Assembly (NCBI GenBank): GCA_938074535.1
Contig: CALJER010000008.1
Coordinates: 1-64,000 of the forward strand
Reading direction: 5' to 3'
DNA from: an uncultured archaeon
GTDB lineage: Archaea > Hadarchaeota > Hadarchaeia > Hadarchaeales > WYZ-LMO6
Length of the DNA: 64,000 bases
Part shown: piece by piece, positions 9,882 through 18,857 of the stretch
Numbering within the stretch: the stretch's first letter is position 1
Layout of the letters: the number at the start of each line of letters is the position of its first letter
Notes under the pieces: model-generated
What the model saw: the letters and a program-made list of their open reading frames with translations, nothing else
The model's database searches: none
What the model was told of the DNA's origin: nothing
Made by a program: the position numbers and the translations under genes

Positions 9882-10408
9882 CTCCTCCGCTCCAGCAGCT
9901 TCCTGACCCTCACCGGCTCCCCCTCCGCCCCCCCGGAAGCCCCGAACGGGGGCCTCCCCCTCACCCTCCCCAGCACCTCCTCCCTGAGCTCCCCGAAGGT
10001 GGGGGGGCGGACGAGGGAGGCCTCCGCCCTCCTGTTCCTGGGCCCCCCTCCCAGCTGGCCCGCGCAGCCGGCGGTGCAGATGTCCGCGGAGCCCGTGCCA
10101 GGCCTCCTGGAGAGGGGGCCCCGAAGGATCTCCACGCTCACCACCCTGGCGTGGGGAAGCGTGTGCTCCATCTTCCACCGCGCGCCCCTCCTCACCCCCT
10201 CCTCCGCCAGCTCGCACCGGAGGGGGGAGAAGTACCTGGGAATCCAGCAGGGCAGCAGCGCCGCCGCCGGCAGGATGGGCGGGAAGCAGAGGGAGGAGGA
10301 GAGGAGGTGGGGGGTGGTGCCGCACCTCAGGATGAGGAAGGAAGAACCGAGGCCCAGGAGGAGGGGCAGCATCACCGGGAGGAGGTAGGGGTGGTAGAGC
10401 CCCTTCAT
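9878..10408 (-). CDS. Membrane protein with bacterial PH-like (bPH_2/DUF304-like) domain, possibly degenerate
   Basis: Two N-terminal hydrophobic segments, then LPHARVVSVEILRGPLSRRPGTGSADICTAG resembling the bPH_2 signature. Confidence 0.5.
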   Translation of the reverse strand: MKGLYHPYLLPVMLPLLLGLGSSFLILRCGTTPHLLSSSLCFPPILPAAALLPCWIPRYFSPLRCELAEEGVRRGARWKMEHTLPHARVVSVEILRGPLSRRPGTGSADICTAGCAGQLGGGPRNRRAEASLVRPPTFGELREEVLGRVRGRPPFGASGGAEGEPVRVRKLLERRR

Positions 10409-10515
10409 GTTTGGATGGGGACCGAGCTCCCTGCCCTTCATTCCCCCTCCTTAAGCCCCGGAGGAGTAAAAGCGTTACACCAAAGGATAATAACGCAGTT
10501 TTCCATTCTTCCCCG

Positions 10516-10926
10516 ATGAAGACCTGGTACAGCGAGATAACCTTCTCCACCAGGAGGAAGAGCGAGGTGGTGGACCTCACCGACCAGGTTCTGCAGGAGG
10601 TGAAGAAATCGGGGGTAAGGAACGGACTGCTGGTGGTCAACCTCCCCCACGCCACCGCCTCCCTCACCCTGAACGAGGGGGAGAGCGGGGTGAAGCACGA
10701 CCTCCTCCGCAAACTGGACGAGCTCATCCCCCCCTCCGGGAACTACGAGCACGACAGGATAGACGACAACGCCCACGCCCACCTGAAGTCGGCCCTGGTG
10801 GGCACCGGCAGGGTGCTGCCGGTGGTGGAGGGAAGGGTGGTGAGGGGCACCTGGCAGAACTTCCTGGTGATAGAGGAGGACGGACCCCGGACCAGGAGGC
10901 TCTCCGTCTTCCTGATGGGTGAGTGA
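10516..10926 (+). CDS. yjbQ: YjbQ / UPF0047 family protein
   Basis: HATASLTLNE, YEHD, NAHAHLKS, GTWQ motifs. Start at ATG 10516. Confidence 0.92.
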   Translation: MKTWYSEITFSTRRKSEVVDLTDQVLQEVKKSGVRNGLLVVNLPHATASLTLNEGESGVKHDLLRKLDELIPPSGNYEHDRIDDNAHAHLKSALVGTGRVLPVVEGRVVRGTWQNFLVIEEDGPRTRRLSVFLMGE

Positions 10927-11469
10927 GTGCCCCTCTACCTCGACATAGAGACCTCCTCCAAGACCGCCGATGCGGGCTCGGTGGTGGCCCTGGGCATCCT
11001 CAAGGGGGAGAAACCCTCCGTCAGGTTCTGCGCGGACGAGGGGGAGGAAAGGGAGGCCCTGGAGGAGCTGGCCAGGGAGCTGGAGGGATGCGAGCTGGTG
11101 GTGACCTGGTACGGCTCGGGCTTCGACCTTCCCTTTCTGAAGGCGAGGGCCATCCTGCTGGGGGTGGACCTGAGGAAGCTGCTCCTCCTCCCCTCCCTGG
11201 ACCTCTACCTGTGGTGCAAAAACCACCTCCTCCTCTCCAGCTACCGCCTGGACTCCGTGGCCAGGTTCTTCGGCCTGACCAGGAAGGTGGAGTTCGAGGG
11301 GAAGGACGTCTCCACCCTCTTCAGGCTGGCCCGGGGGGGCGACCGGAACTCCAGGGAGCTGATCCTCCAGCACTGCGCGGAGGACCTTGAACTCCTCAGG
11401 GAGGTGCACAGGAGAATGGAGCGGTGGGTGGAGCATGGGGGGCAAGCTGGAGGAGCTGAAAAGGCTTGA
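10927..11469 (+). CDS. YprB-like RNase H-fold (DEDD) exonuclease
   Basis: LYLDIETS, VTWYGSGFDLPFL, LDL, HCAEDL motifs. Confidence 0.8.
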   Translation: MPLYLDIETSSKTADAGSVVALGILKGEKPSVRFCADEGEEREALEELARELEGCELVVTWYGSGFDLPFLKARAILLGVDLRKLLLLPSLDLYLWCKNHLLLSSYRLDSVARFFGLTRKVEFEGKDVSTLFRLARGGDRNSRELILQHCAEDLELLREVHRRMERWVEHGGQAGGAEKA

Positions 11470-12046
11470 GGCCGAGGTCTCCGGGTGCCGGAAGTGCGGG
11501 CTCTGGAAGAGCAGGACCAGGGCGGTCTTCGGCTCCGGCTCCCTTCAGCCCCGCCTGATGCTGGTGGGGGAGGCGCCGGGCTCCCAGGAGGACAGGGAGG
11601 GTCTTCCCTTCGTGGGGGCCGCGGGAAGGCTCCTCACCTCCCTCCTCCTCTCCGCCGGGCTGAGGAGGGAAGAGGTGTACATCACCAACGTGGTCAAGTG
11701 CCGCCCCCCTGGGAACAGGACCCCCCTTCCCGAGGAAACGGAGGCCTGCAGACCCTACCTTGAAGGGCAGGTGAGGATCCTGGAGCCGGGGCTGGTGGTG
11801 GCGCTGGGGAGGGTGGCGGCCTCCGTCCTGCTGGGGAGGCCCGTGGTGGTGGCCAGGGAGCACGGGAGGAGGACGGGGTGCAGGTTCGCGGGGAGGAGCT
11901 TTTCCCTCTTCCTCACCTACCACCCGGCGGCCGGCCTCTACAGCGGGGGGAACCGCTCCTCTCTGGAGGAGGACTTCAGAAAGCTGGGGAGGCTCCTCAG
12001 GGCCCGACCTCGTACTCCGTCCTGTCCTCTATCCCCGCCCTCCTGA
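11435..12046 (+). CDS. udg: Uracil-DNA glycosylase family 4
   Basis: CRKC, VGEAPG, PFVGAAG, NVVKCRPPGNR, TYHPAA. Start at ATG 11435. Confidence 0.93.
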   Translation: MGGKLEELKRLEAEVSGCRKCGLWKSRTRAVFGSGSLQPRLMLVGEAPGSQEDREGLPFVGAAGRLLTSLLLSAGLRREEVYITNVVKCRPPGNRTPLPEETEACRPYLEGQVRILEPGLVVALGRVAASVLLGRPVVVAREHGRRTGCRFAGRSFSLFLTYHPAAGLYSGGNRSSLEEDFRKLGRLLRARPRTPSCPLSPPS

Positions 12047-12680
12047 AGGCCTCCTTCCTGCTCAGGCAGGACTCGCACCTCCCGCAGTGCGCCCTCCCGC
12101 TCAGGTAGCAGCTCCAGGTCTCGTAGATCAGGGGACCCATGGTCCTGAAGCTGCGCCTCAGGCACTCCGCCTTGTCCATTCCCTCCTGTGCCGGTGAGGT
12201 GATCTCCACCAGCCTGTTGAAGTGCCCCACCGCCAGGGCGCCCGAGAGCAGGGAGGAGAAGAGGGGGGTGGTGTCCGGATACTTCACCCATCCCGTGGCC
12301 GCATCCACCTCCGTGTCGCTGAGGGTGGCCCCGTAGAGGACCCTCTCCGCTCCCACCGTGTGGGCGTAGGCCGAGGCGAGGGTGAGGAAGACCGCGTTGC
12401 GCAGGGGCACCACCACATCGGGGCGGTACTCCCCCCCGACCTCCACCCGCTCGTCCGTGAGCTGGGTTCCCCTCCAGAGCTCCCCCATGAACTCCATCCC
12501 CACCACCACCGGCTCGCGGAACCCCAGCTTCCTGCAGAGGGAGAGGGCGACCTCCACCTCTTTCCGCCCCTTCTGCCCGTACCTGAAGATCAGGGGGTGG
12601 ATCTCGTACCCCCTGGCCGCGTACTGGGAGGAAAAGCCCGTGCTGTCCATCCCGCCGCTCACGAGGGCCACCGCCTTCAT
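11997..12680 (-). CDS. queC: 7-cyano-7-deazaguanine synthase QueC
   Basis: SGGMDS PP-loop, YGQ, VPLRN, YPD, TWSCY and HCGRCESC Zn site. Confidence 0.9.
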   Translation of the reverse strand: MKAVALVSGGMDSTGFSSQYAARGYEIHPLIFRYGQKGRKEVEVALSLCRKLGFREPVVVGMEFMGELWRGTQLTDERVEVGGEYRPDVVVPLRNAVFLTLASAYAHTVGAERVLYGATLSDTEVDAATGWVKYPDTTPLFSSLLSGALAVGHFNRLVEITSPAQEGMDKAECLRRSFRTMGPLIYETWSCYLSGRAHCGRCESCLSRKEAFRRAGIEDRTEYEVGP

Positions 12681-12729
12681 CTCCCTTCCCTCCGCTCGGT
12701 GGGCTTAATACTCCTCCCCTCCGAGTTTC

Positions 12730-14049
12730 ATGATGTTCGGGTACTCGGGGGAGCTGGCGAGGCTCCTCTCCGGGCTCTCGGTCAGGGTGGGGGACCTCCT
12801 GAGGGTGGAGAGCGGCGGAAGGGTGTACGAGGGCATCCTCATGCCCAGGACCGGGCTGGGGGACCAGAGCTGTCTGGTGCTGAAGCTGCCCAGCGGCTAC
12901 AACGTGGGAGTGAGGGTGGGGAGGGAGACCAGGATCACCAAGGTGGGGGAGGGGGAACCCTGGAAGAGGCTCCCCCCTCCCCCCTCCCCCCCCGCTTCCT
13001 CCAAACCCCTGGTGAGGCTGGTGGGGACGGGCGGAACCATAGCCTCCAGGGTGGACTACAGGACGGGTGGGGTCCACCCCGCCTTCTCCCCCGAGGAGCT
13101 GTACTCCCTGGTGCCGGAGCTGGCGGAGCTGGCCAGGCTCGAGACGGTGGAGGCCTGCAGCGTGTTCAGCGAGCACATGACGCCGGAGCTTTGGGTCAGG
13201 ATAGCGGAGAAAGCGGCGGAGGGCCTCAATTCCGGCGCCAGGGGAGTGGTGGTGGCCCACGGGACCGACACCATGGCCTACACCGCCTCCGCCCTCAGCT
13301 TCATGCTCAGGAACCTCACGGGCCCCGTGGTCCTGGTGGGGGCCCAGCGCTCCTCCGACCGGCCCAGCACCGACGCCCACCTCAACCTCCTGAGCGCCGT
13401 GGCGGTGGCCTCCCTCTCCGACCTGGGGGAGGTGTGCGTGGTCATGCACGCCTCCACCGAGGACGACTCCTGCCTGATCCACAGGGGCACCAGGGTGAGG
13501 AAGTGCCACACCAGCCGCAGGGACGCCTTCGTGAGCATCAACGAAGGCCCGCTGGGGGTGGTGAGGGGAAGGGAGGTGAGGATGCTCGGAGAGTACAGGA
13601 GGAGGGGGGAAGGAAGGGTGGAGGTGGACGGCAGGATGGAACCCAGGGTGCTCCTCCTCAAAGTCACGCCGGGAATGGGGGCCGACCTCCTCTTCTCCGC
13701 CCTGGAGCTGGGCTACCGCGGGATAGTGGTGGAGGGCACGGGCCTGGGGCACGCCCCGGAGGCCCTCTTCCCCGCCCTCAGGGAGGCGAGAGAGAGGGGG
13801 GTGCCCGTGGTGATGACCTCCCAGTGCCTCTGGGGGAGGGTCAACCTGAACGTTTACTCCACGGGCAGGGACCTGCTGGGGATGGGGGTGATCCCGGCGG
13901 AGGACATGCTTCCGGAGGTGGCCTACGTGAAGCTGATGTGGGTGCTGGGCCGCACGAGGGAGCCCGAGGAGGTCAGGAAACTGATGCTCCAGAACCTGGC
14001 CGGAGAGCTATCGCCCAGGAGCCCCCTGACCTCCCACCGGCCCTTCTGA
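12730..14049 (+). CDS. gatD: Glu-tRNA(Gln) amidotransferase subunit D
   Basis: LKLPSGYNVG, TGGTIASRVDYRTG, HGTDTM, GAQRSSDRPS. Confidence 0.96.
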   Translation: MMFGYSGELARLLSGLSVRVGDLLRVESGGRVYEGILMPRTGLGDQSCLVLKLPSGYNVGVRVGRETRITKVGEGEPWKRLPPPPSPPASSKPLVRLVGTGGTIASRVDYRTGGVHPAFSPEELYSLVPELAELARLETVEACSVFSEHMTPELWVRIAEKAAEGLNSGARGVVVAHGTDTMAYTASALSFMLRNLTGPVVLVGAQRSSDRPSTDAHLNLLSAVAVASLSDLGEVCVVMHASTEDDSCLIHRGTRVRKCHTSRRDAFVSINEGPLGVVRGREVRMLGEYRRRGEGRVEVDGRMEPRVLLLKVTPGMGADLLFSALELGYRGIVVEGTGLGHAPEALFPALREARERGVPVVMTSQCLWGRVNLNVYSTGRDLLGMGVIPAEDMLPEVAYVKLMWVLGRTREPEEVRKLMLQNLAGELSPRSPLTSHRPF

Positions 14050-14053
14050 GCCT

Positions 14054-16306
14054 TCAGCCCCTCTTCCTCCCCGACCTCAGGGTGAGCGCGGAGGGAAGGA
14101 AGAAAAGGGCGGCCAGGAAGGCGTAGAAGATGACCAGGGCCACCAGCTCCCCGAACCTGGTCATGGCGGGCATCCTGGAGAGGGAGAGGATGAGGAAGCC
14201 GCCGCCCATGGTCACCGCCGAAGCCAGCACCGCCCTCCCTATGCTTCCCGCGGTGCGCGAGACCACCTCTTCCGGAGAGCCGTTCTTCCCCAGCTCCTCC
14301 CTGAGCCTGGAGGAGAGCTGGACGCTGTAATCTATTCCCATCCCTATCATGAGGGAGAAGCTCCCGAGGGTGAAGACGTCGAGGGACCAGCCCAGCAGGT
14401 AGAAGGTCCCCAGCTCCCACATCACCACCATGCCCACGGGGAGGAGGGTGAGGGCTCCCAGCAGGGGGGAGCGGAAGAGGAGGATCAGCACGAAGAGGCA
14501 GGCGACGAGGGCCAGGACCGTCGTTTTGACCATGTTGGGGAGGACCCTGGAGAAGAGGTCGGAGATGACGGCAGGAGCCCCACCCACCGCCGGCTCTCCG
14601 TCCATCCTGAGGCTGACGAGCTGGCTGGAGAAGTTCTCCACGTGGTCCCTCACCGCCTCCGTAACCCTCTTGAAGTCCCTGTCGGTCCTGCCCAGCACGC
14701 TGAAAGTGACGAGGGTCCTGTCCCCGGAGAGGGGAGGGAGAAGGCCGGGATTGGACTCCCTCAGGTTCTCCAGCACCCCCACCACCTCCTCCCTGGTCGG
14801 GGGGAGGTAGCCGCTGAACACGAGAACCGCGTCCGCCACGCTGTAGCTCCCCCCCACCAGACCCTGCACCCTGGGATCCGCCCTCACCCCGTTCTCGAAC
14901 TCCAGCAGCTGCTGCAGGGCCCGGGGCTGCAGGAAGTCCCCCTGCACCAGGACGAAGAGCTGGTTCTGGCCCCCGAAGAGCTCCTCTAGCCTGTGCTGGG
15001 TCTGGAGGGACCCCGCTCCAGAGGGCAGGAGGAGATCGAAGGACATGGTGGAGCCCACCCTGGGTGCCACGAGGGCGGAGAGAGCCAGGCTCGCCGCCAG
15101 GACCGCCAGGATGGGGCCGCGGTGGCGTGCGATCCCCCTCCCCAGGGAGGCCAGACCCCTGCTCACCCCCCCCTCCCTCCCGCCCCTTCCCACTTCCTTC
15201 CTGCGCACCAGGGCGGGCAGGAGGGTCATGGTCAGGAGGAAGGCGAAGCCCACGGCCAGGGCGGCGAACTGCCCTAGCGTTCTCACGGGGGGAAGGTCGG
15301 AGATGGAAAAGGAGAGGAAGCCTATCATGGTGGTGAGGAAGCACATGAAGACCGCCCCACCCACCTTCCCGGCGGAGGTGCCCAGGGCCTCCTCCACCCC
15401 CTTCCCCCTCTTTCTCTCCTCGTAGTACCTGGAGAGGAGGTAGAGGGAGTAGTCTATCCCCGCCACCATGGAGATGGGAACCAGGGCCACGTGAAGGGAG
15501 GTGAAGTCCGAACCCGTCAGACCCATCACCCCCATGGTCCAGAGGGCCGACAGCCCCACCACCACCAGGCACCTCCCCACATCGGAGAGTCTGCGGAAGG
15601 TCAGGAAGAGGAGGAGGATGATGAAGAGGACGGTGGCGGGCATGAGCACGCGGTTGTCCCTGCTCATGACCCTCCCTATGTCCCTCTCCATGGAGTAAGA
15701 ACCCGCTAGGCCGAGGTTCAGACCCTCCACCCCTTTCACCCTCTCCTCCATCACCTCCACCGCCTCCAGGAGCTCCTCCTTGGGCAGGGAGGAGTTGAGA
15801 TACACCACCATCTTCCCCGCCCTCAGGTCGGGGGTGAGAGAGCCCGCGAGCTGGGCAGAAGCCTGGGGGTTGGAGCTGAAGGCGAGGTAGGCCTCCATCA
15901 CCATGGACTCCACGAGAGGATCGTTGGAAGGATCCTGGAGGAGCTCCCTCACCTGCGGGAGGTGCTGGAGGAGGAGGTCGGCGTAGGACAGGCATCCCAC
16001 CACCCTGTTCTCCAGTGAGGGGGAGGAAAGGAAGAAGTTCTCCAGGTAGAGGATCCTCCTGAGGGCCTCCGCCCTCAGCAGGTTCTCTCCCTCCACCAGC
16101 ACCGTCTCGAACGCCATTCCCTGGAACTCCTCCGCCACCAGCAGGGTCACCCTGACGGAGGGCTGCTCGGGAGAAAGGAACTTCTTGTAGTCTGTGGTCT
16201 GCCTGACCTGGCTGGCCCCGTAGGCCATGAGGCATGAAACGAGGAGGATGGCCAGCAGCACGGCTCCCCTCCTCCTGGCGCAGGAAAGAGCGATCCTGGT
16301 GAGCAT
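14054..16306 (-). CDS. RND/MMPL family membrane transporter
   Basis: Two repeats of a soluble domain plus TM bundle, with GIDYS motifs in both halves. Confidence 0.88.
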   Translation of the reverse strand: MLTRIALSCARRRGAVLLAILLVSCLMAYGASQVRQTTDYKKFLSPEQPSVRVTLLVAEEFQGMAFETVLVEGENLLRAEALRRILYLENFFLSSPSLENRVVGCLSYADLLLQHLPQVRELLQDPSNDPLVESMVMEAYLAFSSNPQASAQLAGSLTPDLRAGKMVVYLNSSLPKEELLEAVEVMEERVKGVEGLNLGLAGSYSMERDIGRVMSRDNRVLMPATVLFIILLLFLTFRRLSDVGRCLVVVGLSALWTMGVMGLTGSDFTSLHVALVPISMVAGIDYSLYLLSRYYEERKRGKGVEEALGTSAGKVGGAVFMCFLTTMIGFLSFSISDLPPVRTLGQFAALAVGFAFLLTMTLLPALVRRKEVGRGGREGGVSRGLASLGRGIARHRGPILAVLAASLALSALVAPRVGSTMSFDLLLPSGAGSLQTQHRLEELFGGQNQLFVLVQGDFLQPRALQQLLEFENGVRADPRVQGLVGGSYSVADAVLVFSGYLPPTREEVVGVLENLRESNPGLLPPLSGDRTLVTFSVLGRTDRDFKRVTEAVRDHVENFSSQLVSLRMDGEPAVGGAPAVISDLFSRVLPNMVKTTVLALVACLFVLILLFRSPLLGALTLLPVGMVVMWELGTFYLLGWSLDVFTLGSFSLMIGMGIDYSVQLSSRLREELGKNGSPEEVVSRTAGSIGRAVLASAVTMGGGFLILSLSRMPAMTRFGELVALVIFYAFLAALFFLPSALTLRSGRKRG

Positions 16307-16358
16307 CTGGAGAAGGTCTCATCCTCTCCCTTAAAGGGTTTTGGAAACACCTTATGGG

Positions 16359-16934
16359 ATGAAACCCCTCCCGAGATCCTTCTACGAAAGGGATCCTTCC
16401 GCGGTGGCGAGGGAGCTGCTGGGGAAGGTGCTGGTGCACCGCTCTGGGGAGGGCCTCACCTCGGGGAGAATCGTGGAAACGGAGGCCTACTACGGGGAGG
16501 GAGACCCCGCCTCCCGCGCCTCCAGGGGCAGGGGGGGTCTGAGCGAGGTGATGTGGGGGCCCGGGGGCATCTCCTTCGTCTACATGGTGCACGGAAACTG
16601 GCTCTTCAACGCGGTGGCCTTTCCCGAGGGGAAAGCGGGGGCGGTGCTGGTGAGGGCGCTGGAGCCCCTACAGGGGCTGGAGCTGATGAGGAGGAGAAGG
16701 GGGGTGGAGGAGGAGAGGGAGCTGACCTCGGGGCCCGGCAAGCTCACCGAAGCCATGGGAATCACGGGCCTCCACCACGGCAGGGACCTCACGGACCCCG
16801 ACGGCGAGCTCCTCATCCTGCCGGGGAGGAGGGTCAGGCGCTTCATGCGCTCCCGCAGGATAGGGGTGAAGGAGGACCTCCCGGAAAGGCTGCGCTTCTT
16901 CCTCCCGGGGAGCCCCTTCGTCTCCAAGCGGTGA
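16359..16934 (+). CDS. mpg: DNA-3-methyladenine glycosylase (MPG/AAG family)
   Basis: VARELLGK, GRIVETEAY, AVLVRALEP, GPGKL, RIGV. Confidence 0.92.
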   Translation: MKPLPRSFYERDPSAVARELLGKVLVHRSGEGLTSGRIVETEAYYGEGDPASRASRGRGGLSEVMWGPGGISFVYMVHGNWLFNAVAFPEGKAGAVLVRALEPLQGLELMRRRRGVEEERELTSGPGKLTEAMGITGLHHGRDLTDPDGELLILPGRRVRRFMRSRRIGVKEDLPERLRFFLPGSPFVSKR

Positions 16935-16964
16935 TTTCTAAAACCCTCAGGAGAAGGGAGTGGG

Positions 16965-18857
16965 ATGAGGGACTACTCCGGGCTGGGCCTGAGGGTGGGT
17001 CTGGAGATCCACCAGGAGCTGAACACCGGCAAGCTCTTCTGCCGATGCCCCTCCGTCCTGCGCGAGGAGGAAGCCCCGCTGAAGGTGAGGAGGAGGCTGC
17101 GCCTCTCCCAGAGCGAGCTGGGGGAGACGGACCGGGCGGCCCTGCTCGAGGTCTCCAGGGAGAGGGAGTTCAGGTACCAGGTGCACCCCGACACCCTCTG
17201 CCTGGTGGAGCTGGACGAGGAGCCCCCCCACCCCCTGAGCGAGGAAGCCCTGGAGGTGGCCCTGATGCTCTCCCTCATGCTGGAGGCCAGGCCCGTGGAC
17301 GAGATCCACGTGATGAGAAAAATCGTGGTGGACGGGAGCAACACCTCTGGCTTCCAGCGCACGGCCCTCATCGCCACGGATGGGAAGCTCAGGACGGAGA
17401 AGGGGGTCTTCCACCTTCCCACCATCTGTCTGGAGGAGGATGCCGCCAGGAAGGTGGGGGAGGGGGAGGGATACGTGGAGTACAGGCTCGACAGGCTGGG
17501 GATCCCCCTGCTGGAGGTGGCCACCGCACCCGAGTTCTCCGATCCGCAGACCCCGGCCGAGGCCGCCCTGAAGCTGGGGATGCTGATGAGGGCCACGGGG
17601 AGGGTGAAGAGGGGCCTCGGCACCATAAGGCAGGACCTCAACATCTCCATCTCTGGGGGGACCAGGCAGGAGATCAAGGGGATCCAGGAGCTTGAGCTCA
17701 TACCCGTGGTGATAGAGAGGGAGGTCGAGCGGCAGCTCGCCCTGCTGGAGATAAGGGAGGAACTGAGGAGGAGGGGGGCCGGGAAGGTGGGGAGGGACTT
17801 CGTGGATGTTTCTTCCCTCTTCGGGAGGACCCGCTCCCAGCTGGTGAGGAGGGCCCTGGAGAGGGGGGAGGTGGTGATGGCCCTCAAACTCCCCGGCTTC
17901 GGGGGCCTGCTGGGAAGGGAGGTGCAGCCGGGGAGGAGGCTGGGGACGGAGCTCTCCGACAGGGCCAGGGTGGAGGGCGGGGTGGGGGGCATCCTGCACA
18001 CCGACGAGCTGCCTGGATACGGGATCTCCGGGGAGGAGGTGGAGGAGCTGAGGAGGATGGTGGGGGCGGGGGAGGGGGATGCGGTGGTGGTGGTGATGGG
18101 GCCGAGGGAGAAGTGCGGGAAGGCGCTGGAGGCGGTGGCGAGGAGGGCGGAAGAGGCTGCGGAAGGGGTGCCCGCCGAGACCAGGAGGGCCCTGCCCGAT
18201 GGAAACACGGAGTTCATGAGGCCCCTGCCGGGGGCGGAAAGGATGTACCCCGAAACGGACATACCGCCCCTCCCCATCACCCCCGAGAGGCTAGCCGGCC
18301 TCAGGCTCCCTGAAACCCCCGAAAGGGTGAGGGAGCGGCTGGTGAGAGAGCACGGGCTGAGCGGGGAAACGGCCGACCGCCTGCTCTTCTCGGGAATGGC
18401 CGAAACCTTCGAGAAACTGGTGAGGGAATCGGGCGCTCCCTCCAGGCTGGTGGCCTTCACCCTGCTCGAAACGCTGGTGAGCCTGAGGAGGGAGGGAACA
18501 AGGGTGGAGGAGATAGGGGAGGAGTTCATGCTCGGGGCCTTCCGGAAGGTGGCCTCGGGGGAGGTGGCCAAGGAGGCCCTGCCGGATCTCCTGAGGCTGG
18601 GGGCAGGGGGAAGGGGAGTGGAGGAGGCGGTCAGGGAGCTCGGCCTGGGCAGGGTGGGGGAGGAGGAGCTAAGGCTCAAGGTGGAGGAGGCGGTTTCCTC
18701 CCACCTGGAGCTGGTGAAGGAGAGGGGGGAAGGGGCGGTGCGCCCCCTGATGGGCATCGTCATGAAAGACTTCAGGGGGAAGGTGGACGGGAGGGTGGTG
18801 AGCGAGCTGCTCACGAAGGAGGTGAGGAGGAGGCTGGGAGAATGTGCGGGATCATAG
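16965..18857 (+). CDS. gatE: Glu-tRNA(Gln) amidotransferase subunit E
   Basis: GLEIHQEL, KLFC, DGSNTSGFQRT, RGLGTIRQDLN, RMYPETD. Confidence 0.97.
   Translation: MRDYSGLGLRVGLEIHQELNTGKLFCRCPSVLREEEAPLKVRRRLRLSQSELGETDRAALLEVSREREFRYQVHPDTLCLVELDEEPPHPLSEEALEVALMLSLMLEARPVDEIHVMRKIVVDGSNTSGFQRTALIATDGKLRTEKGVFHLPTICLEEDAARKVGEGEGYVEYRLDRLGIPLLEVATAPEFSDPQTPAEAALKLGMLMRATGRVKRGLGTIRQDLNISISGGTRQEIKGIQELELIPVVIEREVERQLALLEIREELRRRGAGKVGRDFVDVSSLFGRTRSQLVRRALERGEVVMALKLPGFGGLLGREVQPGRRLGTELSDRARVEGGVGGILHTDELPGYGISGEEVEELRRMVGAGEGDAVVVVMGPREKCGKALEAVARRAEEAAEGVPAETRRALPDGNTEFMRPLPGAERMYPETDIPPLPITPERLAGLRLPETPERVRERLVREHGLSGETADRLLFSGMAETFEKLVRESGAPSRLVAFTLLETLVSLRREGTRVEEIGEEFMLGAFRKVASGEVAKEALPDLLRLGAGGRGVEEAVRELGLGRVGEEELRLKVEEAVSSHLELVKERGEGAVRPLMGIVMKDFRGKVDGRVVSELLTKEVRRRLGECAGS

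Noticed and set aside
10472-10496. GCGTTA-N13-TAACGC palindrome before yjbQ as a third site for the nrd-linked regulator
   Set aside because: The half-sites are similar but the spacing differs from TGTT-N11-AACR. It may be an operator for something else, but the evidence is insufficient.
11997-12680. queC as part of a 7-deazaguanine DNA-modification (dpd) or QatABCD defence system
   Set aside because: No dpdA/tgt-like, queD/queE, TatD or ATPase partners are adjacent; housekeeping archaeosine synthesis is the simpler explanation.
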